DNA of 60,179 bases, the filler included, from Basidiobolus ranarum (lineage: Eukaryota): the NCBI GenBank assembly GCA_040143965.1. It is 8 parts of 8 records of this genome, joined end to end, with 100 filler letters (N's around TTAATTAATTAA, not from the genome) between each part and the next. Parts side by side here need not be neighbours in the genome. Positions count along the whole stretch, not along the records: positions 1 to 7,477 come from JASJQH010007991.1; positions 7,578 to 15,023 come from JASJQH010007992.1; 6 more parts are not named here. The stretch is one strand, 5' to 3'. The notes beneath the pieces are model-generated. The model ran no database searches and was not told the origin of the DNA. It saw nothing but the letters and a program-made list of their open reading frames with translations. Every line of letters begins with the position of its first letter. The first letter of the stretch is position 1. The position numbers and the translations under genes were made by a program. Positions 1-12,665 of this stretch are shown piece by piece.

Positions 1-1337
1 TGGGCTTTTGCAAGCAAATGGCAATTGGGCTAGTATAGGCCTATTCACAAAACATCTCAAAAATATATGCAATTATTGACTTAGAAAAGAAAGAAAAGCA
101 GCTAGAGAAGTTCTTAAGATGCAGGAAGTTAGTAGACCCAAGGGAAAAGCAAAGGATCCAGTGAGTTTAGGCTATACTGTTCCACTTACCAAATTCTTCA
201 TACCATTACAAAAATCTGCATATCCAGAGTCAGCTATACTGGCAAAAATGCTTAATTTCACCATGGAACCAGGTACACCAGTTTGAAGAGTGCAAAATTC
301 AGAAGTTCATCCAACACCTGGCACCTCTCCATAAGCCAAAACACAAGCAAATAAAACTCACAGCTCTCCAACCTCAACTGGTACTTTCCAAAGTGTTGAA
401 ATTAGCCCCAAAGTTAAAGGCAAGCAAAAAGTCAAACAAACACTGCAAAGCACCCTCAGTAATGTTACACTACAAGGATGTACAAAAATTGTCAAAGTGC
501 TTGAGGAGTATTTTCAAAAGTATGAAGGGAAAAACACAGTGCAAATATACAAAAAGCTGCTTCATAAAAAGAACATTCAAATTGAAATTCAGTCTGGTGT
601 TGACTGTGCAGATATCTGGGAAGAACTTAATACACAGTGGCACAATATTGCAGGGTATCTGCCAGATAGCTGGAAGAATGTTGATTCAGCAACATTAATA
701 TAATGGTGGCCTTTGATGGAGATATTACTGTAAACTCATGTTGGATATGAGCTAAACCTTGGGTATGAAGAACTCTATAACAATATTCAGGAGAATATAT
801 CAAAGAAACTAGGAATTTCAAAGGTGACAAATTAGCATTCAAGTGGTAAATATGTAAAATTTGAGTTTTGTTTTTTGCACTTGCATTGATCCATAGTTCT
901 CTGAGATTGTAGCCAATCATGTGCAACTATTTTGCAAGATATTGAAATTTCACTCCTGAAACTGAAAAATTGATTAAAATCAAACATAACTTGACAATTT
1001 TATGATGGTAAATAAATGGTCAATCCTAAATGGATTAAAATTGTGAAGGTTTTCCTACAATAACAATCCTCAAATTTCTGTCAGGGAGAGTGTAGCTTAT
1101 GTAGCATCCACAGAACACCAAGTCCAGCTGGCTAGAAAACACCCTTTTGCCAGAGTGTAGCAAATCTTTGCAACTGTCTAATTCATATTGGTGAGTTATG
1201 CTCAACCAGCTTCTCCTATTTATATGGTTCTCAGCATCTAATTTCAGAGTTTTAAAGTTTGTTATCACCTTTGTCTTTGACCTAAAGGAATTTATTGACT
1301 CACATATATAAGAAAAGTACAAGGAAACCAAATGGAG
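1..1337. mobile_element. Probable degraded transposon relic (unclassified)
   Basis: No CG dinucleotide seen until ~1338. Broken ORF fragments with scattered stops. Same composition as the copia relics in contig 7. No diagnostic domain recognised. Confidence 0.4.
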
Positions 1338-2735
1338 CGTTCTGATTTAACTGAAGCCCCAAAATGAATATGCACTGGTTATCAATGTCAGCTTATAACA
1401 GTGCTATTTTTTACACAACATCCTCAAAACAAGCAGATATTATGGTAAGCATCACAAGACAAGCCAAAATGAGCAGCACTAGTCATTCTGAGAACACCCC
1501 TCCGCAATGATTGACTACAATACCACTGAAATCTAATCACAAAATTCAAGAGTGATGTAGTGGATATACATACCACAACAACGGTGTAATAAACAAGATG
1601 TAATATGTATGTTTATTACCCTCCATAATGTACTTGGTGCAGTTTTTCTAAATTGTATATCTCAAGATTTGCTTATCTGAAATAGTAATATTAGTGACAA
1701 ATTGATAGCTGGAATGGTGAAGAATTGAACTTAAGCATACTTAAATGATACTTGCAAGTCAATAGAATAACAGTATATGCCTTGATAAATATTTACTTCT
1801 TACTGAGAGCGCGACATGTCAAAGTAACTTTCACCTTCAGTCGATGTGTTGATCTGTGATCGGAAATTTGCACCACTTCAAACACATCAAATCGGCATCT
1901 TGGCAAATTATCTTTCCACTTTAATTCAAGATCCCACGACTAGAAAAAGGCCATCTATCATGATAGCAAGTCCTCCATAAACAGTCCAAGGTCCTTGATT
2001 ACTAATTTCCCTTATGAAAATCGGAATATTTCAATGTTTAGCGATTGAATAAAGAAACAACTAATGAGGCCAGTGCAATATGTCGGGCATATCATTGTAA
2101 ACATTGAGTTTACCCACTTTAGCCTACAGGTCATAAAGCACTTACATATCCCCCGGCGCAAAGTGGGCACTAATATCATACTGCCACGCGGGAGATATTG
2201 AAAAAGTCCAGTTCAATCTATACAGATGTAATTGAGTTTGTATGGACAACCAGTATCATCAACAGAGCGGAATGTGATGCAGCGGATGTACTCTGCATAT
2301 GCTCATAAGTTCCAACCTGTATGCTATGATATTTAGCCCAGTATATAATGAGTGATGTGCATGTAAAGTTTAAGTTTGAGCAGATCACTCTGCTTCGTTA
2401 ATATGCTAATGCAATTACCTAAGCATCCCACTGATAATCACATGTAAGCATCGACACTGCTTCGTACCTCCCTATTGATAATAGTCAGGAGCCAGACACT
2501 ATGCAGAATTCTTAGTGAGGCAATTGAATCTTGAATAAAGAACCTTTCCCAGTACACACAGTATTTCCTGTTATACCTACAGAAAGGCTATGCAGCAAAA
2601 CTAAAATAGAATTTAAGCGACTCAGTACTTGCATACACATAACTACCCATAGCAATATCAATGAAGCTAAAGATGACGTAAGTTACCATTGATTTCAATA
2701 AAAGGTCTTATATGTTTACTAATGGTGGTAGAAAA

Positions 2736-3583
2736 ATGACTACTTTCTCTAACTCCGACTATAACAGTGACAACTACAGGAAATTCCGGCCAAATTACCA
2801 GCAGGATCTGTATCAGTTGGTCTACAAACAGCATACGGAAAATGGAGCCAACTTTGATGTTGCTCTCGATGTTGGGACAGGTTAGTTGTTTAGAGAATAC
2901 ATAATGCATACATCTCATGACTCTTTTTCCTAGGCACTGGTCAAGTAGCCGAGTCTTTAGCGGCAAGATTCCAGAAGGTATATGGGATAGACTCTTCCAG
3001 TACAATGTTAGATTCCGCTATTAAAGGAAATAATATCATCTATTCGGTTGGGTCTGCTGAGGACTTGTCTCAATTTGGAAGTCAAAGCATAGATCTAATT
3101 AGTGTTGCCGAGGCTTTCCACTGGTTCAATCATTCTAAATTTTTTGATGAGGTTCAGCGGGTTCTCAAGCCCCAGGGTACTCTAGTAATTATAGGTTACA
3201 GCTTTTTATTACTTGAAGGGCAACAAGAAGCCACAGAAAAGACCAAAAAACTCGAATTAGAGTTGACTCCCTTTTTTGAAAAGGGTCATGAGCATCTTCG
3301 CAGTCTTTATCGTGACATTCATATTCCGATGCATAATGTCCAGAGATTATACTATCCTAGATATGGTAGTGAACCATTCATGCGAGAAAGCTTTACTGTC
3401 TCCCATCTAAGAAGCTACTTCAAGACCTCCTCTGCATACAAAACCTACTGCGCAAAATTTCCTCTAGCAAATGATATAGTTGATACAAGTATTAATGAAA
3501 TGCTCAAAGAAGGGCAACTTCCTGAGAATCAGTTGTTTGATGTTACCTGGGAATCAGTAATAATACTTGGTCACATGCGCTGA
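2736..3583 (+). CDS. Class I SAM-dependent small-molecule methyltransferase (Methyltransf_11, Crg1/Tmt1-like)
   Basis: Exon 1 2736-2880 (MTTFSNSDYNSDNYRKFRPNY...ALDVGTG), GT-AG intron 2881-2933, exon 2 TGQVAESL...DLISVAEAFHWF...VLKPQG. Motifs YxxxRPxY, DVGxGTG and AFHW. Confidence 0.9.
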
Positions 3584-3982
3584 GTGCCCCTAATGTAGTA
3601 AAGTAATTGAACTCCATATTCTATATTATTAAAATATCAAACACTGGCGATTGAGATCATACAGACTAATTTTAGTGAATTGTCAGATCGGGTGTCCCTT
3701 ACTTCGTGTGGCGATTGCCATATTCCTTCTTGCATAGTAAGACCGAAGCACCCTTTGCTTCGGACTTAGGTTGGAACATCGTATGTAATGATCATATTTG
3801 CAATGTAGTTTGAGTCGCATTTCAGGGGTGTAAGAAGAAGCACTACAAGAAGGTCACGGCTTATTACTAGATGATCAAGAATTTCGTTTTAATAGGGGAT
3901 TTCAGAAAGGCAGTATCTATATAAGAAACGATGCTAACACTACCCAGTTAGCATTCCACTATTTGAGGCGCTACTGACAAGT

Positions 3983-4880
3983 ATGGCTACTTACGGCTTG
4001 AGTGATTTCAATTGCGCTAACTACCGCAAATACCGCCCGCTGTATAAAACGGACTTATATCAAGAATTATACAGATATCACGAAAAGCATGGCGGAAAAT
4101 TTGTCACCGCTTTGGACATAGGAACAGGTAAGAATCCAACCATGATAAATGTATGATGCTAGCTAAATGTAGGAACCATCATGCTACAATGCAAATACTG
4201 ATCGTGATTACTCTATCATAGGGACCGGACAAGTAGCAGTTGCATTGTCAGCTAAATTTCTGCAGGTCCACGCTATTGATCCATCATCGAAGATGCTGGA
4301 AGCAGCAGAATCTCGCGATAACATTCATTATTCCTTTGGTCAGGGAGAGGATCTATCCCAATTTGAATCGGGGACTATAGATATCATTACTGTTTCTGAG
4401 GCATTTCATTGGCTAGATCACTCTAAGTTCTTCCAAGAAATACGTAGGGTTATGGCTTCGCAAGCCACCCTGATGGTTATTGGCTATACTAATCCGACTA
4501 TTATTGAGTACCCTGAGGCAAGTAGAAAACTTCAAGCTCATGAAGAAAGAATTGCTCCACTCCATGAGAAAGGACGGAAACATTTAGCTTCGCTGTATCG
4601 AGGTATTGATATTCCATTTGCTGATGTGAGACGATCTTACTACCATCCAGCCGATCCTCAATCCATCCTACGTTCTGAAATGAATGTGGACGAATTGAGA
4701 AACTTCATGAAGACTTATGGGAGCTACAAGATCTACTGTTCAAAGTATCCCCATGAGCCTGATGTAGTAGACGCAGTTATTGAGTCTATTGTGTCGAGTG
4801 AGCAACTGAAAGACGATGACAGGTTCACTGTCTCATGGAACACAGTTGTTATCTTCGCTCAAGGGCACTTATTATCCTAA
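3983..4880 (+). CDS. Class I SAM-dependent methyltransferase, tandem paralog of the upstream gene
   Basis: Exon 1 3983-4127 (NYRKYRPLY...ALDIGTG), intron 4128-4221 at the same position as in the paralog, exon 2 TGQVA...SEAFHWLD. Confidence 0.9.
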
Positions 4881-4963
4881 ATTATTGAATATTAATAAAC
4901 TATTATACTAAATTATTGAATATTAATAAACTATTATCCTAAATTATTGAATATCAATAAACT
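4871..4963. repeat. 31-bp tandem repeat x3 covering the stop codon and AATAAA
   Basis: Unit ATTATCCTAAATTATTGAATATTAATAAACT at 4871, 4902 and 4933, with one mismatch in each of the later copies. Confidence 0.9.
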
Positions 4964-4980
4964 GTTTGCATCTAGCCTGC

Positions 4981-5097
4981 GATTACTCCACATAAAGTAA
5001 CTGTTTCCAACTTGCTTGAGATTAATCCATATGAAGTAACTGTTTCTATCTATTTTGAGATTAATCCACATAAAGTAATTGTTTCTATCCTAAGATA
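4981..5097. repeat. ~39-bp imperfect tandem repeat x3
   Basis: GATTA(A/C)TCCA(C/T)AT(A/G)AAGTAA(C/T)TGTTTC... at 4981, 5020 and 5059. Confidence 0.8.
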
Positions 5098-5249
5098 CTA
5101 TTAAGTTACCGGATAATTTAAACTAATAGCAATTGCAATGTTTATTTGACATTTATAATTCAGAGTACTGAATTTCTGTAATTAGTGAGTGATACAAATG
5201 CTGCGCTATCTTAATAGTGCAATACAACTGATCGCCAGAATCCTACTAC

Positions 5250-6342
5250 TCATGCATTAGAGACTTTCTTTACAGTAACAAACTTCGCACTTAAAATCTC
5301 TTCTTGGCGACTTTCATCGAAACTTCTTACTTTCATGAAGAATGTATCAATAAATTCTGCTAACTGAGAGTCATTACTAAAAACATTTCGTTTAGTCAAG
5401 CCTGTCTGGAGCTGAGGCCAGACAGTAGCTTTCAACTGGGCTATGCCGTACTCCCCGCGACCAAAATCGGTTTGACGTGAGTATTCAGTACAGCTTATCA
5501 GGCTGAGAGATGGGACCTCACGTATAGCTCGCTCAATATCCTCCTGTGTACGGAGTAGCACTGGAACTAGAGTGGCATCAAGAAGATTAATATCAATATT
5601 ATATTCCTCAATATGTTGTTGCCAAACAGCATCCATATCTCTCAGAGTATCTAGTCTGTTGAGCAAAGAAAAAACCAAGTGGCCATCGAGGCGTAGCTCC
5701 ATTGCGCGGCTTCTGAGGAAAGAAACCAATTGACAATGACCTGCTTCTTGAATTTGCCGCTTTTGGTCAGTGGTAATTTGAGAAGAGTAAAGAGTTAATG
5801 GGCGATAGAGAGTGGTAGAGATACTCTGAAGCCAATGAACACAGTTAAATGAAATCGCCAAATCTACGTGGTCATTTGGAAGACACTGACTGTAGAAAGA
5901 TTTTGCACTTATCATTGTGATGATGAGGTGATCCGGATTGCTGTTAACGAGAGAATGATTCTGATAGGTCAAAGTCGGATCTTGCAGACATTTGAATACC
6001 TCACCAAAGTCATTGAGTGGAAGATCATTGTGATATACTTGTACGGTTAGGGGTTGTGTATTGCTTCTTCTTGCATGAATGGAGTCTAATATAGCGTTAA
6101 TGACGGTCATTGAGTTTCTTCCGTGACTACATCCATAATCGCCAATAGTAAAGGTCGATCCTATGTCCAGGTTTTGTACTTCAAAGGCAAGAAAGGTAGT
6201 TAGAGAGTGATAGCAATCATTAGTAACCGGAATGACAAATGCACTAATATCCGGAAAGGCAGATACCTGTTTTGTTCAACACCTCAATCCCGAATTGATT
6301 GAATTGCGCCTGAACTTTCGAGTTAGAATTATAATCTTTCAT
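5250..6342 (-). CDS. SABATH-family (Methyltransf_7) SAM-dependent carboxyl methyltransferase
   Basis: MKDYNSNSKVQ...; after an intron (~6267-6179) TIGDYGCSHGRNS, YHNDLPLNDF, SFYSQCLP, SFNCVHWL and FLRSRAMEL are all SABATH motifs. A small upstream exon starting at 6427 is possible. Confidence 0.88.
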
Positions 6343-7361
6343 TGCTTGCGGGGTACAAGTTTCTTCTATAAAATGAGAAGGGTAAGAATTCCATATCAAT
6401 TATTGTACTTGGTTTACGCATGTCCATCAGTGCCGCTAGAATTTGAGTGATTTTACCTTGACTCGCATTAGGGCGCGCACTTGCGGCTGGGATATTAAGA
6501 CTCATGATTTCTGAAGTGGGCTTACAAATTCTTGACTCTTTTTATATGGCTTACCGCAGGAACCATGATACCTTTGGAGTAATTCCACAGTGTGTTTTGC
6601 GCAATAGGAGAGCTATTGCATAGATACAGTCATCGAATACTCTCCCAGGCCGGATACAGATGAGAGATAATATATGGAATTCATCCAAACTTATCCCAAA
6701 ATCCATAGTTTTTCTACCATGCAGTTCTTGATTTGTCAGTATTGATTAGGTTTGGAACTTGGCCTCCGATTCATTTTTGTACTTATAGGTATTAGCTTAT
6801 GATCGGTGTGTATGCGATTTAGAGTAGGATAATGTATGGGGTTGAATTAGAATGAGGTAATTTACAGGGTTAGGGATTACCATTAAATTTCCTGCATTGA
6901 CTCATGGAGTCTTTATCTACTTTCGAAGTGTTTGTTCTCAGGGGCGCTATTTTATTATAATATCAGCCCATGTGATCATCATTGTGTTCCCATCGGTGAT
7001 TTATCAAATACAAGAGCTGTATTGCAATCATACTTACAGCTCAAGCTTGAAAAATCTACGTTCACAATCACCCGAAACTGATCCAGTTAGGTTGCTTGAT
7101 ATTTCACAAATTACTTATTAAGAATATCCTTTGTATACAGTTGATAGTAAAGAGAAAACTGGATCCCTGTTATGGACTTGTAACATTTGGAAAAACTTTT
7201 TGTAGTATACAAAAGTAAATAAAGAAATAAGTGAATATTGGAGAAAACCTATTAATGTTACAAATCTAGAAATGTTGAAAGTGTTGATAAAAAGCTTTCT
7301 ACTTGTAGTTCGCTACTCATGCTTTATAAATATTGATATATCAATAACACTAAGCTCCATG

Positions 7362-7477
7362 TATATATATGTTAAAGTATTTGGGAGCCTGTTGGAAGTG
7401 GTTTGGAGAATTAGAGGAATTGGTGGTTTTCACTTGTTGATTTATTGAGTAGAAAGTTGACATTTATAGTTTTGTCA
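7362..7477 (-). repeat. Dispersed repeat (LTR-end-like), homologous to 10908-11024
   Basis: Reverse complement TGACAAAACTATAAATGTCAACTTTCTACTCAATAAA...CCACTTCCAACAGGCTCCCAAATACTTTAACATATATAT aligns by eye with 10908-11024. Confidence 0.7.
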
Positions 7478-7577
7478 NNNNNNNNNNNNNNNNNNNNNNN
7501 NNNNNNNNNNNNNNNNNNNNNTTAATTAATTAANNNNNNNNNNNNNNNNNNNNNNNNNNNNNNNNNNNNNNNNNNNN
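7478..7577. other. Artificial contig spacer N44-TTAATTAATTAA-N44
   Basis: 100-bp linker with stops in all six frames, repeated identically seven times in the window. Confidence 0.98.
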
Positions 7578-8461
7578 CCCCGTACATACTACGAATGAGG
7601 TGTTGTACTGTTTTCATTGAACAATAATTCGCACTCTTGCTGCAGCATTGGGACCTTGAAAAGTAAGGAGCACCGCTTGAAACTCTTGCATGCCTCTGAA
7701 ATATCCCGTTACTTTGCAGTGCTTTCATTATCATAGAAGCTGCATGGCCAGGCATTGTATCCAACTGGCTCTTTCCCAATTGGATCCTTCACATGCCCAG
7801 AAGTCCTAGCCGTGGCTGTGTTGGCTTTGTGGCTCTCATCGTCACATTAACGCCAACTCAGTTTCCTAATAATTGGGTCATTGGGTGACGTCGTACTCCA
7901 GATGCTCAATGATCTTCCAGGTTTCAAGGGCTAGAGATCATTTTCATTGGATGCTTCGCTTCAATCTGAGGTCAGTGATCTGGCCTGACAATCATTCGGT
8001 GATTTTAGGAGCATTTTTTATATACATGCTTTGCCTGATTAAGCTGCATGTGCCACCAATCCAGATAAAGTTCATTTAGGTTTTTAGGACATTCCCCTTT
8101 AAATTCTTACAATCCGCGACTACTGATATCCAATGAGATTGCTCGAGAACATTGAAATATCATTAACGTGTTCTTGACTTCAACTCTTATAACCTCGTAT
8201 CATCTCGGCAAGTCTTACTTTCTTCACTCCTCTAAAGATATACTTAGACTTGCATTGCAAAGAGCCTAGGCAACTTGACTTCCTTATCGACTCTCCATCC
8301 TTCATAATTATTGAACGTTAACTTTGGGTTCCCTCTAACGAGCTGTGTACTGGCAAGAAAAGCCTTGGTCATACGTTTCGTATAGATAAGCAAATAGCCC
8401 AATTCATACCCCTTTACCTTTGCCTTCACACTTCCCATTATTAGAAGATTTTATTTTTAGC

Positions 8462-9650
8462 ATGTCACAATATCCCATAAAATACTACGAGAGCCACAAT
8501 CCTATGAATAGGGAAGTTAAATACGCTAGAAATGGAGTACCTGCCAATACACCCCAATCCGATCCTAGAGTCATACGTGAGTATAGTAGTCACGGTAGTC
8601 TCAGAGCTATGAATAGATATCCCCCTTCCGCTCAATTCCAAGCACAATATTCGCCACAGCAACGCCCACCACAACACAAACAATCTGTCTATGCCCGTAG
8701 CGGGTATCCCAGTACCGCTGGTTTTTCTCATGGCCAAAAGCCTTATCCAGCCCCCCATGGGTATTCTCAAAGGCCATTTGAAGGGTATGGGGATACGTCC
8801 AGCTATGTACATAGTGCAGCTGCTTCAGAGACGTTGTACAAGAATCCTGGGATATTAAGAGGGGTTACGGCGTCCACTCTAAATCCTCAACATAAGGCTG
8901 ATGCCGCTCCTCTACCCACGGGCTTACCAGAGAATGAAGAAACAGACTTAATGAATTCCAAGAAGGGTGAGATTGAAAAGTTGGAGGATGAGGGGTCAAT
9001 AAGTAAGAAGAAGCGCAAGGGAGTACGACCATGTTGTTGTTGTCCTGGGTGTTGCTCACGTAAAGTATGTGTAATTGTCACCTTCCTGATTTGCATATTG
9101 GTCGGTGTGGTAATTTGGCTACTCTATCCTAAAGTACCATCGTCCTCTATCGAAACCATCCAACTATCGGGAACACCGCAAGTCAACAATGAGCAGTTGC
9201 CCTATTTTTTCAATGCAACTTTGATGATTCGTGTAAGCATGAACAACTACAATCTAATACCTATATCTTTAAGTAAACTTGAGGCAGTGGTAAGGGGTTT
9301 TCACTTGAGAAACATTTGATTTAACCACTCTAATCATCATCTTTCCCCAGGGTTACGATTCTAATACCAATTCCGAAATTGGCAGAGGGATTGCTGAGAA
9401 TGTTTCCCTCCCAGGTCAACGTGTAACGAGCTTTGAGTTTCCATATGTTTTGACATATTTCTTTGGTAACGTTTCCGATCCAACTTGGATTCATCTTGCA
9501 CGTTCATGTGTACCCACCTTAGTAAACTTCCCAGACCGTAGTGCTATGGCGGTACGGTTTATGGCCAGCATGTGGTTTCCAATCCTTAGTTGGACAGGAT
9601 GGGTGCCTAAAGTCACATACCAAGGAAACTTTGTGTGTCCTGAGCCCTGA
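8462..9650 (+). CDS. Single-pass membrane protein with Cys-rich juxtamembrane motif and LEA_2-like C-terminal domain
   Basis: Low-complexity N-terminus, PCCCCPGCC, TM helix VCVIVTFLICILVGVVIWLLYP, NYNLIPISL motif. Intron 9290-9350 joins in frame to the 9450-9650 ORF. Confidence 0.7.
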
Positions 9651-10907
9651 GATACCTTGCATGAGGCAAGATGCAATAGGGTCATGAGTTTTGTATCGTA
9701 CATAGTTGTGTTATTAATCAGATCTGCCATAATCCACCAACTGGGTATTTACTAAAATAAACGGAATCATTCTAGCACGCACTCAAATGACCCACAATCA
9801 ATATTGTTAGCAGTTCTGTCCAAAGACTCCCTAGTTACCATGTCTCTATTGAGCACTGCAGCATTGATCTTGGAAACGTCGACAACAAAGCGACCGTGAC
9901 GATACTATTCAAAGTCTGCGATGGACAAACAAAAATTCGTATATACTCTGTTGGACACTTCTGGTTGACCGTAGCTGTCCAGTCTCTAGGATCAAATCTC
10001 GCTGAATGGTCGGCATTGGCCAAGAATTTCACCCGCAGCTGATCAAGTGTATGTCTAGCAACCTACTTGTAGCCAACATATGGCATATTACTGATTCGCC
10101 TATTTTGATGTTGATTTACAAATTTTGATGTATGACCATCACAAGGTTGGATACATTAAAGCTTGTAAAACTGTAGCTGTTTCGAAGCACCTAACACGTA
10201 GAACATGTAGTTGATTGTATTTTCTGTAATATCTACAGGTTGCGTTTTAGAATAGGATTAAAATAAAGCAGTTATCAGCACAACTCTTTTATGAATCATT
10301 CAGGGGAGGAAAAGCACCAAGTAGTATAGTCTTTATTTGGACACATTTTTCAATCTATATAGAGATATTTAGCATAATAATCTCCCAACTAATTTTAATA
10401 TAAATGGATATACTTAGTAATGTTGTCAGTTTCTGTAGTTGTAAAGGTACTGGGACGGGGAAAGGTAGTTTATGTTATGTTATGAAATATGAGCTTTGTG
10501 GTGGCTCGCACTGCAAAAAATATATCTGGACAGATTCCAATCATAAAATAAATCAGACTGCCTACCAGTCATTAATATTGGGCACAAGGGATGAAAAGTA
10601 CTAGGTGATGTGAATTTTTTTAGTGAAAACTAATCATCCAAGGTAAGTGACATTTTGGGTTAGCAAACGTCTAACAAATTATGATAGCATAAGATTATAT
10701 CTGTTGAAATTAGCATTGTCTAGACATCTATATAGTTATGTATAGCCTAGTATTTAGTTATTCCATATTGAAATAAGATATCACGAACTATTCTCAAGAG
10801 GAATTTACTTACAACATTTTGAGAACTTGTCCTAGAGGCCACAATCTTTGCACACATGTTCCTGGGATCTTCTTTAACATATTCTACATGTTTGTGTGTT
10901 TACCCCT

Positions 10908-11024
10908 TGACAAACCTATAAATGCCAGCTTTCTTCTCAATAAAATTAATATGGCAAAATCATCAATTTTTTCTAGTTCTCCACACCACCTCCAACAACT
11001 CCCAACATACTTCAACATATATAT
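10908..11024 (+). repeat. Dispersed repeat (LTR-end-like), homologous to 7362-7477
   Basis: TATAAA and AATAAA motifs, ends ...CAACA followed by TATATAT; CpG-poor surroundings. Confidence 0.65.
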
Positions 11025-12665
11025 CTTTCCAATTAGCCCAAGAATCTTGTTAGTCTTACCAACTACCTAATAAAAAATGTGCTAGTACTATTTCAACTTC
11101 CATTTTTACTATTGGTAACTCCCCCCTCACCAATCGATACTTTATAGCAGTAGTCATGCATATCAACTTTTTGTTTTTTTAAGAGTTTACTGGTAAATAA
11201 ATACTGCCAATTATTTTCTGATCTCAATTTTTATATTTTTCTATCATACAGTTTTCTAATCTACGTGACTAAATATTGTTCAAGTAGTTGTTCCTTCTCC
11301 AGATACAATACCGTCAGTAATGCTAACCTCTCAACAGTTCTGTGACTAGCATCCGATTTCATAATCAAATCTTTGCCAATTGCCTGCGGAACGAAGCATC
11401 TATATCAAGCCGCTTAATAATCTACATCACTGCAGGTATTTCTCATATTCCATAAAATCTATCCTTCCGCTGTCTATTCAAGTTCAACAACAGTTTTGGG
11501 GCTGATGCCAATGCTTTCATGTTATCTTGATTACTTCCTTGTTAATTGTAGTGAATAATTGCTATATATTGCCAAATAGCTTGTAACTTTTTGGATAGAG
11601 AGAACTAGCATTTATTGCATTGCTAAACTTCACAAGCACCAGAGAGCATTGGTGGTACTTCATATATCATCACATAAATATACTGACTTATGCCCCCGAT
11701 TAATCAAATTCTGAACACTATAACTCGAACTAGATATCATCAGCTACAGCACACATTATTCGTGAGAATTCTAACTTACTACAACAGGGTATTAATTCGA
11801 TCAATATAATTGTAACAAATCAACCAGTTAGTCTCAGTGACAACTAGATTGCCGGTCAAACGAAATTCCCGCTTTCAAGGAAAATGTATACATCGCTGAC
11901 TCGTGAAATTATATAGTAGAGAAGAGCTGTGATATTTACTTCGTGTATAGAAATACTGTAGCTTCAATTAGAAGTTTCACATTTATCATGCCAACTGTTG
12001 GCTCCCTCATGTAGCTGCATATAAACCGCAAAGGTGTCAATTAGAGAATAAATTGGTTAGAGTAAAGGGAGCCGTCCAGTGAAGATATCTTATTGCTAGA
12101 TATATCATCTCGAAATAATATGTCCCAACTTGGATAATGAGCCAGGGGGTTGCTGCAGATAAGCCGTTAGGGTTAGGGTTAGCAATACTCTTAGATATTA
12201 AACTGCGACAGTATTTACTATGACATTCATTATCTACCCTTCTGAATATAGTAATATGCTAATCTAGGTTACCTCTAGTTTGACTCGAATGCTATCACTT
12301 GGTGGTTAGTGTTCAAGGTTTCATTAAAGTGCTATGAAATAAGAACCGGGAACAGAGTTCATAGCTACACGGAACGAAACTTATGAAAGTGACAGATGTT
12401 ATAATATCAACTACACTGATAACTTAATTTAAGCATCGAGAATGAACAATAGAATCGATGGATTGGTTTCAAAATCTCTTGTTTTCCTAAGTGGACTTTA
12501 CTACCACCTAAAATGGAGGATATTCCAGAGATATGAAAATCCTTCATTAACAATCATGAGATTGAATACATGGCTCGTATACCAGCATAAGGCTATAAAT
12601 TTGAGCATCTAGGCTAATCAAAAAAATATCAACCAACACTTTCTGGAAAAGTGACTCAAAGAAAA

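Noticed and set aside
2667-3005. Antisense and overlapping short ORFs in the ORF track (e.g. 2667-3005, 8465-8812, 41513-41803, 42097-42456)
   Set aside because: They are shadows of real genes on the other strand or frame, with no recognisable motifs.
4871-5097. Possible CRISPR array
   Set aside because: Head-to-tail tandem units with no unique spacers, eukaryotic context, no cas genes.
7522-7533. TTAATTAATTAA palindrome recurring every ~7.5 kb, as a biological repeat
   Set aside because: Always centred in N44 blocks; it is an artificial six-frame-stop linker.
7578-8080. Possible gene or TE fragment at the start of contig 2 (similar cases at 9835-10032, 15124-15287 and 51447-52047)
   Set aside because: Short frames, some with stops, and no recognisable domain; cannot be supported without a search.
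12166-12182. Telomere-like GTTAGGGTTAGGGTTAG (weaker copies near 6867 and 57475)
   Set aside because: Fewer than three units and interstitial; could be chance or a Tbf1-like site, and is no evidence of a telomere.
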